From Vicugna vicugna (lineage: Eukaryota), in NCBI GenBank assembly GCA_013265495.1, contig MU057847.1, positions 331,260 to 368,323 on the forward strand: a stretch of 37,064 nucleotides of DNA, given 5' to 3'. The translations under genes and the position numbers were made by a program. The notes under the pieces are model-generated. The model saw nothing but the letters and a program-made list of their open reading frames with translations, made no database searches and had not been told where the DNA came from. Below, piece after piece: positions 23,490 to 36,449 of this stretch (positions within the stretch are counted from its first letter, which is position 1; every line of letters begins with the position of its first letter).

Positions 23490-26400
23490 ACAAAAATCTT
23501 CAACAAGAGGGTGAAATAAAGATATTTTTAGACAAACAAAAACTAAGAGAGTTTGTGCCTGCAGACTACACTAATGGAAGTTCTAAAGTACGTACTTTAG
23601 GAGGAAAATGATTTTGGAACAAAATGCAGGAAAGAATGAAGAGCAAGGAAAGTGATAGTACATGGACAATGTAAGCGAACACTGACGACAGAAGGAATCA
23701 TAAAAACGTCTACTCTGTTTTTAAAAAATAAACAAAGTACCGTACAGTAAGAAAAGACATGAGTCAGAAGGAGCATAAATGGAGTTCATCTTTTCTAATG
23801 GCCTTGTATCAAATCAGAAATGACTTAGGTATTTATTAAATTAATACTTTGAAAAGGTTATATATGTATAAATTAATAGCATGTAACTATTAAAATAATA
23901 GCAACAGAATGTAAATTTCCAAACTAGTAGAGAGGGAAAATAATTGAATAATATAAAAAAATTTTGAGTCAATTGTTTAAGTCAAGAAAGAAGTTAAAGA
24001 GACATAGGTAGAAACAATAAAATAAAAGAATAGCTTGAAACCCAAATATATTAATAATTTTATTAAACGTTTATGAGCTAAATATACAAGTTAAAAAAAA
24101 CAAATATTGTCAAGTGAGATTAATAAATACACCCATCGGCTATTTGAGAGAGACTAATCCAAAATATAAGGATACAGATAGCTGACAATAAAAAGATGGA
24201 GAGAGAGAAATCACGCAAATAACATACAAATGATTGAAAACTTGTATAGTTATGTTCATATCAGACAAAATAAACTTAACAGCAAAAACCATTATTAGAG
24301 ATATAGAAGTTTATTTTATAATGATAAAGGGTTCAACTCACTAAAAGAAAACCTCAAAATGCATAAAGGAAAAGTTAACTTACTAAAAGGCAAAATAGAC
24401 AAGTATACAGAATGGGAGGTCTTACTGCATCTCTCTCAGTAGTTGATCAAGGAGAGAAAAAAATGTCTCTAAGGATATAGAATATTTGAACAATATAATT
24501 AATAATTTGAGCTAATAGCCAATGTATAGAACACTGCCCACCAACAATTATAGAATACACATACAGAACATTTACAAAATTTGACCATGTACTAGGCCAG
24601 AAGATAAGTCTCAATATTTTTCAAAAACCTGAAATCTGATCATAATGCAAATAAATTACAAATCGATAAATATAAAGGATAACTGGAAAATCTCTGTATG
24701 TTTGGAAATTAACATACACACTGAAATAACTGATGGGTCAAAGAAGAATGATAGTGAAACTAAACAACATTTGTAGTTGAATAATAATGAAAATACGTAT
24801 CAAAACTTGTGGGATGTAGCTAAAGCAGTGCTTAGAAGGAAAAGTATCTTTTAGCAATGATGAAAGGCCAAAAATTCATGAGTTAAGTATCCATTTCAAG
24901 ATTTAAGAAAGTAAACAAGATAAGCCCCCCAAAATTAGGAAAGCATGAAATGACAAAGAACAAAATTTAATGAAATAGAAGACAATAAAGACAACAAGTC
25001 AAGAATGTCCTCTGTTGACAATTCTATTCAACATTGTACTGGAGTTCTAACTAAAGAAATTGGGCAAGAAAAAGAAATAAACATCATCAGATTGGAAAAA
25101 AGAAGTAAAACAATCTCTATTTGTAGATGACATGATTTTGCATATAGAAAAGCCTACAGAAACCACTAAAAAACTTCTAGAATGAATAAATTAGTCCAGC
25201 ATGATTGTAAGATACAAGATCAAAATACAAAAATCAATTGTATTTCTATACTCTAGCAATGAACAATCCATAAATTAAATTAATTTACAATAGCATCAAA
25301 AATAAAATATTTATGAATAGATGTTAGAAGTACAAGACTCCTACACTGAAAATCACAAAACATTGTTGAAAGAAATTAAAGACCTAAACAAATGGAAAGA
25401 CATGTCATCTTCATTAATTGGAAGACTTAATATTGCTAAAATGGTGATCTGCAGTTAGATCTATGAATTCAATGTAATAATCCCTATCACAGTCCCAGTT
25501 GGTGTCTTGGTAGAATTCAGGTGGAAATGCAGGGAGCCCAGAACAACCAAAACAATCTTGAAAAAGAAGAACAAAATTTGAAAATTCACACTTCCTACTT
25601 TCAAAACTTATAAAAAGTTACAGAATCAGGACTGCATGGCACTGGCATGAAAACAGATACACAGATCAGAATAGAATAGAATTAAGAGTGCAGATATAAA
25701 CCCATACATTTATGGTCAGTTGATTTTCGACAAGGGTGACAAGACCATTCAACAGGGAAAAGGAGTAGTCTATACAACAAATGAGGTATGGACAACAGTA
25801 TATCCACACACATAATGAAGTTGGACCCTCTACCTCATACCATGCACAAAAAATAACATAAAATTGATAATAGACCTAAATATAGGAGCTAGAATTTTAA
25901 AACTCTTAGATGAAATCATAGAAGTTAAAATTTGTGACCTTGAGTTAGGCAAAGACTTCTTTGCCACCAAAGCACAAGCAGTATAGATAAATTAGACTTT
26001 ATCAAAGTTTAAAGCTTTTGTGCATCAAAGAACACTGTCAGGAAAGGGAAAAGATGATCCACAGAATGAGAGAAAATATGTGCAAATTGTGTATCTAATG
26101 AAGGACTTGTATCTAGAATATGTAAAGTAGTTTTATAACTCAATAATAAAAAGACAATCCCATTAAAATATAGGCAAAGGATCTGAATAGACATTGCTCC
26201 AGAGAATATGTAGAAATGGCCAAGAAACACATAAAAGATGCTCAACATCATTAACTATCAGGGAAAGGCAAATCAAATCCACAATGAGATACCACTTTAT
26301 ACCTATTAAGATGTCTGTAATAAAACAGTCAGGCAATAACCAATGTTGGCAAGGATATGGAGAAATTCAAATTCTCATATCACTGATGGGAATGTAAAAT

Positions 26401-27510
26401 GATACAGACACTTGGAAAACAATCTGGAATTTCCTCAAAATGTTAAATACAGAATTATTATACCATGCAACAATTCTACTCCTAGGTGAATACCCAAGAG
26501 AAATGAAAACATGTATCCATATAAAAACTTATATATGGATGTTCATAACAACATTATTAGTGATAGCCAAAAAAAACTAAAAAAAAAAGGAAACAACCCA
26601 AATGTCCATCAACTGATGAATAAAGAAAAGGAATGAAGTTCTGATACGTGCTACAACATGGATGAACCTGGGAAACATTATGCTGCATGAAAGAAGCCAG
26701 TCCAAAAAGGACACATATTGTATGATTTCATTTATATGAAGTGTTCAGAATAGGCAAATCCAAAGATATAGAAAGTAAACTAATGGTTGCCAGGGGTTGA
26801 GGGAGGAGGAAAAAGGGAGTGACTGCTAATGGGTGCAGGATTTTTTTTTGTGGTGATGAACATGTTCCAAAATGAGTGTGATGATGAGTGTACAACTCTG
26901 AGTATATTTTATATTTATATATATTTTTTATTGAAGTATAGTCAGTTTACAATGTTGTGTCAATTTCTGGTGTACAGCATGTTTCAGTCATAAATGAACA
27001 TACGTATATTTGTTTTCATATTCTTTTTCACTGTAAGCTACTACAAGATATCGAATATAGTTCCCTGTGCTGTACAGTATAAACTTGTTTACCTATGAGT
27101 ATATTTTTAAAACCACCAAATTGTACACCTTAAAAGATGAATTTTATGGATGTGCACTCTATCACAATAAAGCTGTTTTTTGAAATGAATACTTATGATA
27201 TTGATCCATTTATATAAAGCTGAAATGTAAGCAAGACTATATTGTTTTGACATGCATTCAGAGATTATAAAACTAAAAGAAAGCAAGGAAATAGTAAATA
27301 AATATTAAGTAAATTAAAGTCAGGATAATGGTAGGGGTGAAGGAGGAGTTTTGATTGAAAAGAGACCTCTAGAGGACTTCTGCAGCGCCCCAGTGTTTTA
27401 TTCTTGATTTTGATTGGTGTTACATGAGTGTTTTTTTGTGTTAAAATGTATACATGCTTTATGCACATTTCTGTATAACTGCTCTATTTTGAATAAAACG
27501 ACAAAATTAA
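23490..27510 (+). mobile_element. Composite L1 block: degraded older L1M ORF1/ORF2 (~23490-24990 and 3' end ~27190-27510) with an L1MB-like ORF2/3'UTR segment (~24990-27180)
   Basis: A-rich degenerate ORF2 motifs (aaaacttgtgggatgtagctaaagcagtg; ttcaacattgtactggag; gatgacatgatt; tcaacatcattaactatcagggaaa). No intact ORF. Confidence 0.8.
26911..27095 (-). mobile_element. Short, 5'-truncated younger L1 inserted antisense into the older L1
   Basis: ttttttattgaagtatagtcagtttacaatgttgtg, with a 12-bp TSD tgagtatatttt at 26899-26910 and 27096-27107. Confidence 0.85.
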
Positions 27511-27709
27511 ACTCATTCATGTGAGTTTATGTGGACTACACTGAATTGTCAAAATGTGGGACTAAGCCAGTTTATTTATTCCAGATATTTAAAGAAAAGA
27601 GTTCCTGTGTTAAGTGTCCATGATATTAAAGGGGTGTAGAGGTGGAGAGGGTGGAGGGTAGAGGAGGAAGGAAGATATGACTTTCCTGAGCACTAACGAT
27701 GGAGTAATA

Positions 27710-27940
27710 GTGGTGAAGAATCCAGGCTGTGCAGCCACAGCAACTAGGTTCAAATTCTTCAGCTGCCACTTAGTTCTCAGTTTCTGGCTCCTCCTGTGCC
27801 TCTGTTTCCACAGTTTTAAATGAAGTCTACAATCACATCTAGTTCAAATGTTATTGTGAAGATGAAAGGAGATAACCCTTATAAGCTCTTGAGAATGGTT
27901 TTTGACACATAAGTGCTCAATAACTATTATGTATTATTAT
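27710..27940 (+). mobile_element. MIR
   Basis: ctaggttcaaattc...ctgtgcctctgtttcc...gacacataagtgctcaataa. Confidence 0.6.
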
Positions 27941-28129
27941 TTCTTCCTAAAGCTCTTTGTAAGGTGAATACGTTAATTCTGATTCCCTGTTGTATGTTTG
28001 TTATTGTCCTATTTTCCACTTTTTGTAGATACATGAAAATATTAAAATTGCATTTTAAAACATCTACCTTTCTGGCACTTCATTCTTTTGGACTGGTTCT
28101 GCCTCCTCAGCCCAAAAGAAGTTGAAAGG

Positions 28130-28360
28130 AATCAATATTTACTGAATGTTGTAATGCACTAGGCATCGTGTCAGGTGCTTGATATATGCCAACTCCCTTA
28201 GTCTTCAATCCTATCCTGCAATTGCTACACTTGATAGATACTGACACGCAGAGAGGTTAAGTTAGAAGCCTAAAGTTTCTTAGCTTAGAAGAGGTGAGAT
28301 CATGTTTTAAAAACGGGTTCATCTAAGTCTAAAGCCTTTGCACTTCCCGCTGTACCATGT
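28130..28360 (-). mobile_element. MIR
   Basis: atatttactgaatg...aggcatcgtgtcaggtgctt...cagagaggttaagt...cctaaagt. Confidence 0.55.
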
Positions 28361-29159
28361 TGCCATGGAGTTGAACATACCATTAATCCATAGAAGATTC
28401 AAATAATTTTCAAAACAAACGCTGCTTTATTAAGCTATTTGTATGTATTAACACGGAGAAAGCATGTCCAAAAGCCTGGGTGCTATGTATACTGGGAAAA
28501 TTCGTATAGTGCAAATGTACCATTTCAGAGAAAATCTAAAATCGCTTGCATTCTGTAAACAGGTGTTCCTAGAAGTTGCTTTAATCACAATGATCTAGCA
28601 GGATTTCAATCTGGTCAAACCTCAGGAATGTAGTGGTAGGATTTCCAGCGCAGGAGGAGTGCATTACCCATAGGAAGCATGGGCCACCAAATCTGAGCGA
28701 GGTCAGTGTCAAACTCTTGATGGGGAACATGGCATCCAAAACTGTTATTGCTATGTCCCAGGTCTCTGGGACATCGGAGAGCACCCACCTAGAACAATAC
28801 CAGAGAGGGGCCTGGGTCAATGTCCAACCAAATCTGCACAGCTGCAACACCTCAGAAAATACAGACCAGCCCCTCCCTGCTGGTCTGGATTGACTGAGAT
28901 AACTGAGGTCTAAGAGGCCCTTTGGAACCTATTTACTGTGAAGTCCCGGTGCTGGAAAAGTCCCTGCTGTCTGATGGATTGCATTGCTGCAGCTTAGACC
29001 AGCTCTAGAGCAAGAGAGGGAGGAGGATGGAGTCGGGCAGGGGTGGGAGGAAGGCAGCCTGGGAAACCCTGGGTGCCCCCTGGCAAAGGGAGGCTGGTGG
29101 GTGAGACATGGTTCAGGCTGGTGACCATTCCCAACGTGTGTGATGAGGGAGCCCTATAC

Positions 29160-29460
29160 CATAGCCTGGAGGCCTGGGCTCAAATGTCAGCTCTGTCCTT
29201 CCTGGGCAAATTAATTAATCTCTGAGTATGTCAGTTTCCTTACCTAGAATACGGAGATAATTATGATAGTACCTATCTCATTGGATTGTCATGAGGATCA
29301 AATGAAATTATGGATATAAAAGCACTGGAGAAACTCCCATGGTATCTAGAAATATGAGATTGTGTGTTGACTTGTTTTCTTTACTTGTGTATCCCTGGCA
29401 CCCGGGATAGTGTCTGGCACATAACGAGTATTCAGTAAACGTTCATTGAATGAATGAGTA
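29160..29460 (+). mobile_element. MIR followed by an L2 3' end
   Basis: ctgggcaaattaattaatctctgagtatgtcagtttcct; gtgtctggcacataa...ttgaatgaatga. Confidence 0.6.
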
Positions 29461-30449
29461 GTATACATACTAGATTATGACTATTGACTGTTTAGAATAC
29501 TAGGTGCTTATGATAAGCAAAACTATGAGATTGGCAAAAATAAGTCCTTACACCTTTCCACTTTCCACTTGGCGCCCTGTCCCCAGTCCATTAACAGGGA
29601 GGTGCCCTGGAGGTATTAAATATCCAGCATACTCATGCTACTACGTTTTCCCTCACACAGCCCACTTGGTACCAATTATGAAAAGAATGACAACCACCAT
29701 TCATCAAGAGCTATGATGCTCTGATGTACTGAGCTCTATATGTACATCCCCAGCTTGATCTTCAGATTCAACCCCACGTTTAGTGACTTTTCCTTGGGAA
29801 AAAATACATGTCAGTGGCTCTAAAGCTTTCTTATCTAGGCTATAAGGCAAATCCTACTACAGAAAATGGCAAGGTTCCTGTTGGAGTTTCTGTCCTCTTG
29901 ACTCTTCCAGAGCCAACTCAAACTCGAGCTGGAAATTGTGTGGGAAGGGGCCCACTGTCATAGCTGCGCCATCACATATGGCTGTGATTGATGGGGGCAA
30001 GGGTGAAGACAGGAAAGAGTCTGGAGCTCTGGTCCCTGAGGATGTGCCCAATGTTTTGAGGAATCAGCTAAAGACTCGTACTGTTGCTCGCTTCCAACCA
30101 ACACCAAGGCACGGAGGCTATTCTGTTTCTTTCACAATTCCATTGCTGGAACACAGCAGCTGTCATTCAAATCCAGGCAATCTCTCTTCAGTGCTCTGTG
30201 ACATTTAAAGGAACAGATGGAACAACTTGTCAAATGCTTGTCCGAAGCTGCTCACCTGAGCCCACAAATCCTTCCCCTCAGCCGACAGATTTTTCATAAA
30301 GGAGTGCTAATCCGTCTGGCTCACCGCCCTTTGCATCCCTCCAGCCTTAATGCTGGGGCCATTTCTACATTCAGAACTTCTGGTAGGCTCTCTCATACCA
30401 CCCTCTTCCCCATTCTTCCCTTGTATCACAGTTAGAAAGAATAGAACTA

Positions 30450-30620
30450 TTTTGTGAAATAATTTGATTACTTTTGTTCACCCCTCAATGCCCCCAAGTT
30501 CCATGACAGCAGATGGAATTGACTATCTTCTTTGCTGTACCCACAGTGCCCAGGTCTGGGCCTGGCACAAAGCAGGTGCTCAATCAATATTTGCTGAAGA
30601 ATGAATGAATGAATGCATGA
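30450..30620 (+). mobile_element. L2 3' end
   Basis: gcctggcacaaagcaggtgctcaatcaatatttgctgaagaatgaatgaatg. Confidence 0.7.
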
Positions 30621-30659
30621 ACAAACAAGTGAGTGAGAGAGAAAAGTTGAAACAAATCA

Positions 30660-31320
30660 ATATGGTAATTGTTCTCAAACCTTTGCAGAGCTGTCATACG
30701 GAAGAGGGAAGAATTTTTTAATTAATTTTTTTTATTCTGACATAATTTCAAAGTTACAGAATAGTTACAAGAATGCTACAAAGAATTCTCAAACACCATC
30801 TTATACAGATCCCACCAATTTTAACTATCCTGGCATTTTATCACTTTCTCTCACTACTTATATATTAATGTTCTTTTTTCTTAACTATTTGTAGGCATGT
30901 TGCGTAACTTATGCTGCTTTATTCCTTAATATTTCAGTGCATCATTTCCAAGGACAAGTTCATTCTCATAGATAACCACAGTACAGTTTCCAATTCAGGA
31001 AGTTTAACGTGATACACTATTGCAGTTATTCTAATTTTGCCAATCCTGAGGGAAGAATTTTTTGTTCTGTTTGGGCCCCCAATGCAGAAGGAAGATTAAG
31101 AGGTAGACATATGAGGAATATGATTTTTGACTATGTAATGTAAAGATTGATTTAAAACATTAGAATGGTCTACCAATGAATGAAATGGCCTTTCTCCAAA
31201 AATAGGGAACTGTCTGTTGCTAGAGGTATTTAGGTAGACTAGATGACCTGTTAGGAATGAAGGGAGAGAAGATTCCTTATGAACATGAGGCTACAGAGTA
31301 AGGTTCTCTGTGTAATTCTG
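30660..31320 (+). mobile_element. L3/CR1 3' fragment, interrupted by an L1
   Basis: gctgtcatacggaagaggga...ttgttctgtttgggcccc...ctagaggtatttagg...ctagatgacctgttaggaatg resembles the L3 3' end. Confidence 0.55.
30720..31047 (-). mobile_element. L1MC-like 3' end inserted into L3
   Basis: cataatttcaaagttacagaatagttacaagaa...cattctcatagataaccacagtaca, with a 16-bp direct repeat gagggaagaatttttt at 30704-30719 and 31048-31063. Confidence 0.75.
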
Positions 31321-31509
31321 TAAACCAGGTGACAGACAGGTAACATACTGGGCTTGATTCTTTTTTTCACTTACCATTTCCAGTGTCAGAGTTGGTCCTT
31401 TGTGTAGCTGGAGTCGCCAGTCTCTTGCATGGCATGGTGTTGAAGCAGCCTGTGTTTCATCAGCCTGAAACTATTTCCTCTGATGTGCTCTATAAACAGA
31501 TCAGCTCTG

Positions 31510-31660
31510 AAATAATAATACTAACATGTGTTGTGTGTTTACTATGGGCCAGGTACTTGTTTAAGTGCTTTGCATGTGTTAACCCATTATGTCTCCAAAA
31601 CTCCAAGGGATGCAGCTATTATGATTATTCCTATTTTAACACTGAGGAATCTGAAGTTCA
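31510..31660 (-). mobile_element. MIR
   Basis: aataatactaacat...tactatgggccaggtac...ttcctattttaacactgaggaatctga. Confidence 0.65.
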
Positions 31661-32129
31661 GATAGATTTTGATGTCCGATTTGGTTCAGGTCCAATGTGT
31701 TAGAACATGTAAGACACTATGTTCTAGTTCATGTGGTATATGGAGATTTTAAAAATTGGTTCAATTCTTAGAAAACTAAAAATGAAAGAAAGAAACCAAA
31801 ACCTAGTATGTCAAGACTTCAGGAAAATTAGTATTTCTTTATCTACTTGTATCTATTCCTTTCCCAAAGGGGCAGCCTAATTTGGAGGGATTTTTTATTT
31901 CTATGTTTCCTGATTTTCTGATTGTTGCTGTTGTAATTATTATTTTGATTTTAGACACATACTTTTCACTTTAATTGACATGCCAACTCAGAATTAAGTA
32001 CTCTCTTAGGGCCTGTGTGTGTAAAGCTTTGAGTCTTCCCACTGCACTATCATCTCAGAAGACAGAGGAACCAGGAGGACCACTTCTTCTTTGCCCAGCC
32101 TTGTAGGTTTCATATTTTTCAGAACAGTT

Positions 32130-32422
32130 AACTCCTAGCTAATTCCAACTAATCCTTCAAATTTCAGCTTAAATGTCACATCCTCAGAAAAGTTTTTGCT
32201 ACCCTTCAAGATTTGGTCTGATTCCCCTGTTACCTGCTCTCACTGCATCATGAACCTTTCTTTCATAGCAATGATCACATTTCACATGACTTTTTTTCTG
32301 TCTTTACAGTTAGAATGTAATACAACTTTTTGAGGGGCCCCATCTGTCTTTGCTCCCCAATGTACCCCTCAGTACCTCTCACACTGTAGCCACTCAATAA
32401 ATGTTTGTTGAATGAATGATTG
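32130..32422 (+). mobile_element. L2 3' fragment
   Basis: atccttcaaatttcagcttaaatgtcac...cactcaataaatgtttgttgaatgaatga. Confidence 0.7.
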
Positions 32423-32904
32423 AAAAGGTGAAGGTCCAGTAGCATTATAGAAAAGGAGGGTGGCAAAAGAAAACATCCGTGAGCCAATGGTGCCCCTGGA
32501 GGCAAAAAGTAGGATATTCTACAGCAGTATCAAAAGTCAGAGCCAGCCAGTGACTCAGTCAAAACGAGGGATTTGGTGGGTTCAGCAGGGAATTGCAGTC
32601 CAGGCCAGAACTTTGGTCAGTAGCTATTGGACAGAAGGAGACACATGAAAGATCTCAATTCAGCATAAGGATGCCAGAGTGGAAGCAGTCCGCTGTCAAA
32701 GTCAAACCCCACTGGAGAGAAAGGTTACTACAGAACACGTGCCCCTATGGTTTCTTCTTTGGGGACAGGGACATAGAGCTATGCTAAAAAGAATTCAAGG
32801 AAGAACTGTAAAAGGCTTTTAAGAGGTGAGGTCTTGCTGGCTCCAAAATAATGTCCCCTCTCACTAAGTGGCTTTCGCAAAGCTACCATTACAGTTTCTA
32901 CACT

Positions 32905-32923
32905 CAGCCCCCAGATGGCAGCA
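32905..32923 (+). promoter_or_regulatory. Candidate CTCF-binding site
   Basis: cagcccccagatggcagca matches the CCASYAGRKGGCRS core apart from one position and lies outside recognised repeats. Confidence 0.5.
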
Positions 32924-33199
32924 TTACGTTAGTCTTGAGCTACAAGGTCCTGGTGTGCGCTTTGCCGCAATGGCATCTCGCTGGCTGTCCCATGACTGCC
33001 TCGTAGCAAGCTTAGATCTGGGGTTTCACTTCTTGTCACTTTGTGACAAGAAGATTTGCAATGTGTCTTCTTCTGGGAGTGTCCCCATTATTCTTTCCCT
33101 GGTGCCTGGCTCCCGGGACCCTTAATTTTGAAGTCACTCTTGTCTCACTACCACCCCTGACTGCCCTCCAGCCCTGTTAGAAATCATGACTCAATAAGT

Positions 33200-34025
33200 T
33201 CCTCCAGTAATCCATATCAATATGTTCAAAACAGAATTCTTATTTCTCATCCACATCCCCATCACCTACTCAAGCCTTCACTTCTCTGTATCATCTTAAA
33301 CGTCTTCCACCCATTCCTAATGAGTCCACCTCTATAATATTTCAGGTCTGCACCCTCCTCTCCAATTTGCCTGGCACAGGAGATCCTCAGCATCTCTTGA
33401 CTGAGCTCCTAACTCATGTTTGTCTCCATCATCATACCCCCACAATCCATCATGCCACCATGATCTTGCCTTCACTTAAACTCCTCCAAGGACAAGAATG
33501 TCCCATTTTGTTAATCTATTAAGATTCTACTCACACTTCAAGATATAGATCAACTAGCACCTTCTTCAAGAAATTTTTCTGGGTCTCCTCCCAGCCCCAA
33601 CACTCCTGTTATCCTTTCCACTGCCTGTCTACAGCACTTTATTTGGACCTCTTTTCATAGCTCTAATTTTTAACATTCTGCTTTGTAGAGTATTCATTAT
33701 TTCTATAGGTGAAATCCCCCTCCATCCCTTGGTCCAGGATGGCAACTGTGTAGCACAAATGCTTCAATTCATCCCCACCAGCATCTGATGAGAGACATCA
33801 CTAATAGATCTTAGCTGTCTTCCTACTGGGCCCAAACTCAGTTTCAAAATCCTTCTCGATACAGTACTCCAGGCAGAACTGGCCCACAAGATGAAACAAA
33901 TTTTCCATCCCTACCCTAGACTATAAAAAACATTAAGACAGAAAGCCTGTCCTATTCTCTGAATCCACCACAGCACCTTGCACATACTCTATACTCATTT
34001 AAAGTCTTGAAATGAATGAATGAAT
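33200..34025 (+). mobile_element. L2 fragments interrupted by a hAT element
   Basis: atgttcaaaacagaattct...ctactcacacttcaagat...aaatgaatgaatgaa. Confidence 0.55.
33734..33913 (+). mobile_element. hAT-Charlie element, MER112-like
   Basis: Terminal inverted repeats ggatggcaa / ttttccatcc, with internal agacatcactaatagatc...aatccttctc...ctccaggcag. Confidence 0.6.
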
Positions 34026-34505
34026 TTTAAAAGTGGAACAGAGCAGATCCTGGCAGCAAGAATGCTGCTCCCAGACTCCAGGGTTCAATTTAATCAGCTT
34101 TTTTTACTCCAATATATCTACTATATCCTGCTGGTGATAGACACATGGTGTATATCAATATCTCCCAATAATATTCAAGGCAGCAACTTACCGAAATCTG
34201 CATGACTAAGTGTACAGCTCAGCGGGTTTAAGGAGCACATACCTAACCACATATAACTTTTCTCAGCTTAACATTCAGACTCATAAGCCTGTTCTTCTAC
34301 CCTGCTTTCAAATTTTCTGTGCATTAAAAATATAAAAGGGTTGCATCATTTTGGTCTTAATCCATACTGAAGTGCTCTTTCACGATCACATTTCCAATGT
34401 GCTTATATTGGTCCTTATCCTCAGGGAAAAAATGATGCAACCCACATATGCTTTGTATTGCCATTTGGAAAAACATTCCCTAGGCATATTAAAAGTTGGC
34501 ATTTG

Positions 34506-34942
34506 ATTTGCAGCGACATGGATGGACCTGGAGATCATCATACTAAGTGAAGTAAGGCAGAAAGAGAAAGACAAATATCATATGATATCACTTATATGTG
34601 GAATCTAAAAAAAATGAGACAAGTAAACTTATTTACAAAACAGAAACAGACTCACAGACATAGAAAACAAAATTTTGGTTACCAAAGGAGAAGCAGGGGG
34701 AGGGATAAATTAGGAACTTGGGATTAGCAGATGCAAACGACCATATATAAAATAGATAAGCAACAATGTCTTACTGTATAGCATAGGGAACTATATTCAA
34801 TACCTTGTAATGGCCTATAATGAAAAGGAATATATAGAGCTATATATGTATAAATGAATCACTATGCTGTACACCAAAAATTAACTCAACATTGTAAGTC
34901 GACTATACTTCAATTTTTAAAAATTTTATGAACACACACACA
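34506..34942 (+). mobile_element. 5'-truncated L1 3' end, relatively young
   Basis: atttgcagcgacatggatggacctggagat...gactatacttcaat, with a perfect 15-bp TSD aaaagttggcatttg at 34491-34505 and 34943-34957. Confidence 0.9.
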
Positions 34943-35329
34943 AAAAGTTGGCATTTGGTTGTGTGTGTGTGCATGCACAGGGTTTATTTGTTTATCCAAG
35001 GAAAACTACGTGTTGGTTGTGTAAGAACTTTCTAATTTCAAGGCCAAACTTGAGTTTTCACTTCTTTCACAGATGTCTTATTGTTCTTATAAAGAATTTC
35101 CGGAGTCCAATTGGGTACTAAACTAATGTTTAGTCACAGCAATCTGGAAGTGGGGGAAAAAGCTATTTTGTGGTGACAGGGCTGTATTCATTACTAGATG
35201 CCAACATAGTATGGTTTTGAGGGCCAACAATTGTTTGTTCCCAAATCCTTGCCCCTACATATCACAAAGCATCAGTATTCAAAAATCCACCACGAGCCTT
35301 GTTGGAGCCTGACGTGAACAAATTATAGG

Positions 35330-35680
35330 AAAAAAATGAGCCAATTGGGGAAATGTGAACACTGGATATTTGGTAATATTAAGCAATTATTATTCATTTT
35401 TAAGTGTAATAATAGTATTGCAGTTATTTTTTCAATAAAAAAGAGTCCTTAGTTTTTAGAGATGTGTATTGATGTATTTACAGATGAAATGACACAATGT
35501 TTGGGATTTACTTTAAAATCATTCATTGCGTGGGGGACAGAGAATGGGTTGAGGTATAGATGGAAAAAGATTTACCCTGTTTATAATTGTTGAAGCTGGA
35601 TGATGGGCACATGGTCGGTCATTAATTGTAACAGTCTATTTTTATGTATGAACTTTTCCATAACAAAAAATTTTCAAAAA
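35330..35680 (+). mobile_element. Old L1ME-like 3' end
   Basis: caattggggaaatgtgaacactggatattt...tgggatttactttaaaat...ttgttgaagctggatgatggg. Confidence 0.65.
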
Positions 35681-35999
35681 ATGCCATGAAAGTGATAGCG
35701 TGGTTTTTAGGAGGCTCTTTGTAATATGAATCTTATCTAGGAATAATAATCCACAAACATCTTGGCTTTTCTTGACCACATTAGCAAAGATAAACTGATC
35801 AAATGTCTTAAAAAGAGGCAGAGGCCAAAAGGAAGAGGAAATGAGGCAGGGCAAGTTTGAAAAGAGAGGAAGTTTGGAAAGGCCTGGAACATGGACTTTT
35901 GCCAGAGCCACTGCCAGCCATTGAAATAGAGCATTTGTGGGTGGTAGCAGCTAGAGAGAGGATGCTAAAAGAAAGTAGTAGACTCTAAAGCAGGAAGGT

Positions 36000-36126
36000 G
36001 GGGGAGGGTATAGCTCAGTGGTAGAGTACAAGCTTAGCATGCATGAGGTCCTGGGTTCAATCCCCAATACCTCCACTAAAAAAAATAATAAAAAGTCAAA
36101 TTCCAATAATTGAGAAAAAGGAAAAG
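36000..36126 (+). mobile_element. tRNA-derived SINE (camelid vic-1-like)
   Basis: gggggagggtatagctcagtggtagag...gaggtcctgggttcaatcccc with A and B boxes and an A-rich tail. TSD aaagcaggaaggt / aaagggggaaggt. Confidence 0.85.
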
Positions 36127-36449
36127 AAAGGGGGAAGGTATCTTGTGCATGCAGGTTGGTGGGGGCTAGTGGGATGCAGCTTGGATGCCAAAGCTATAAA
36201 ACAAACTTACCTTTTGTGTAGAGCTCTTTGTCTCCCCTCTAGTGCAGTTGGAAACATCATGGACGTAAGGTATTTAGAATTCCTTCTTAGTTCAAGTCTC
36301 AAGTCAAACAATTACTCTAGAATCATTTTCTGTTCTTGTCGACATTTTCACATCTACAAGTCTCAGATCAGCTGCTGTTTTTCCATATCTGCTTCCATTA
36401 TTGTTCTAAAAACAATCAAAAGTTACCATTTTATTGATTGTGAATGTTA

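Noticed and set aside
28753..28774. Perfect 9-bp hairpin atgtcccag-gtct-ctgggacat as a miRNA or structured RNA
   Set aside because: The stem is far too short for a pre-miRNA and plausibly arises by chance in 37 kb.
28581..28893. Two 86-89 aa ORFs in unique sequence as a pseudogene or exon
   Set aside because: No recognisable protein similarity, non-ATG starts, and no convincing exon structure.
36000..36075. Possible tRNA gene (also 2781-2850)
   Set aside because: The A and B boxes are followed by A-rich tails and flanked by TSDs, so these are SINEs.
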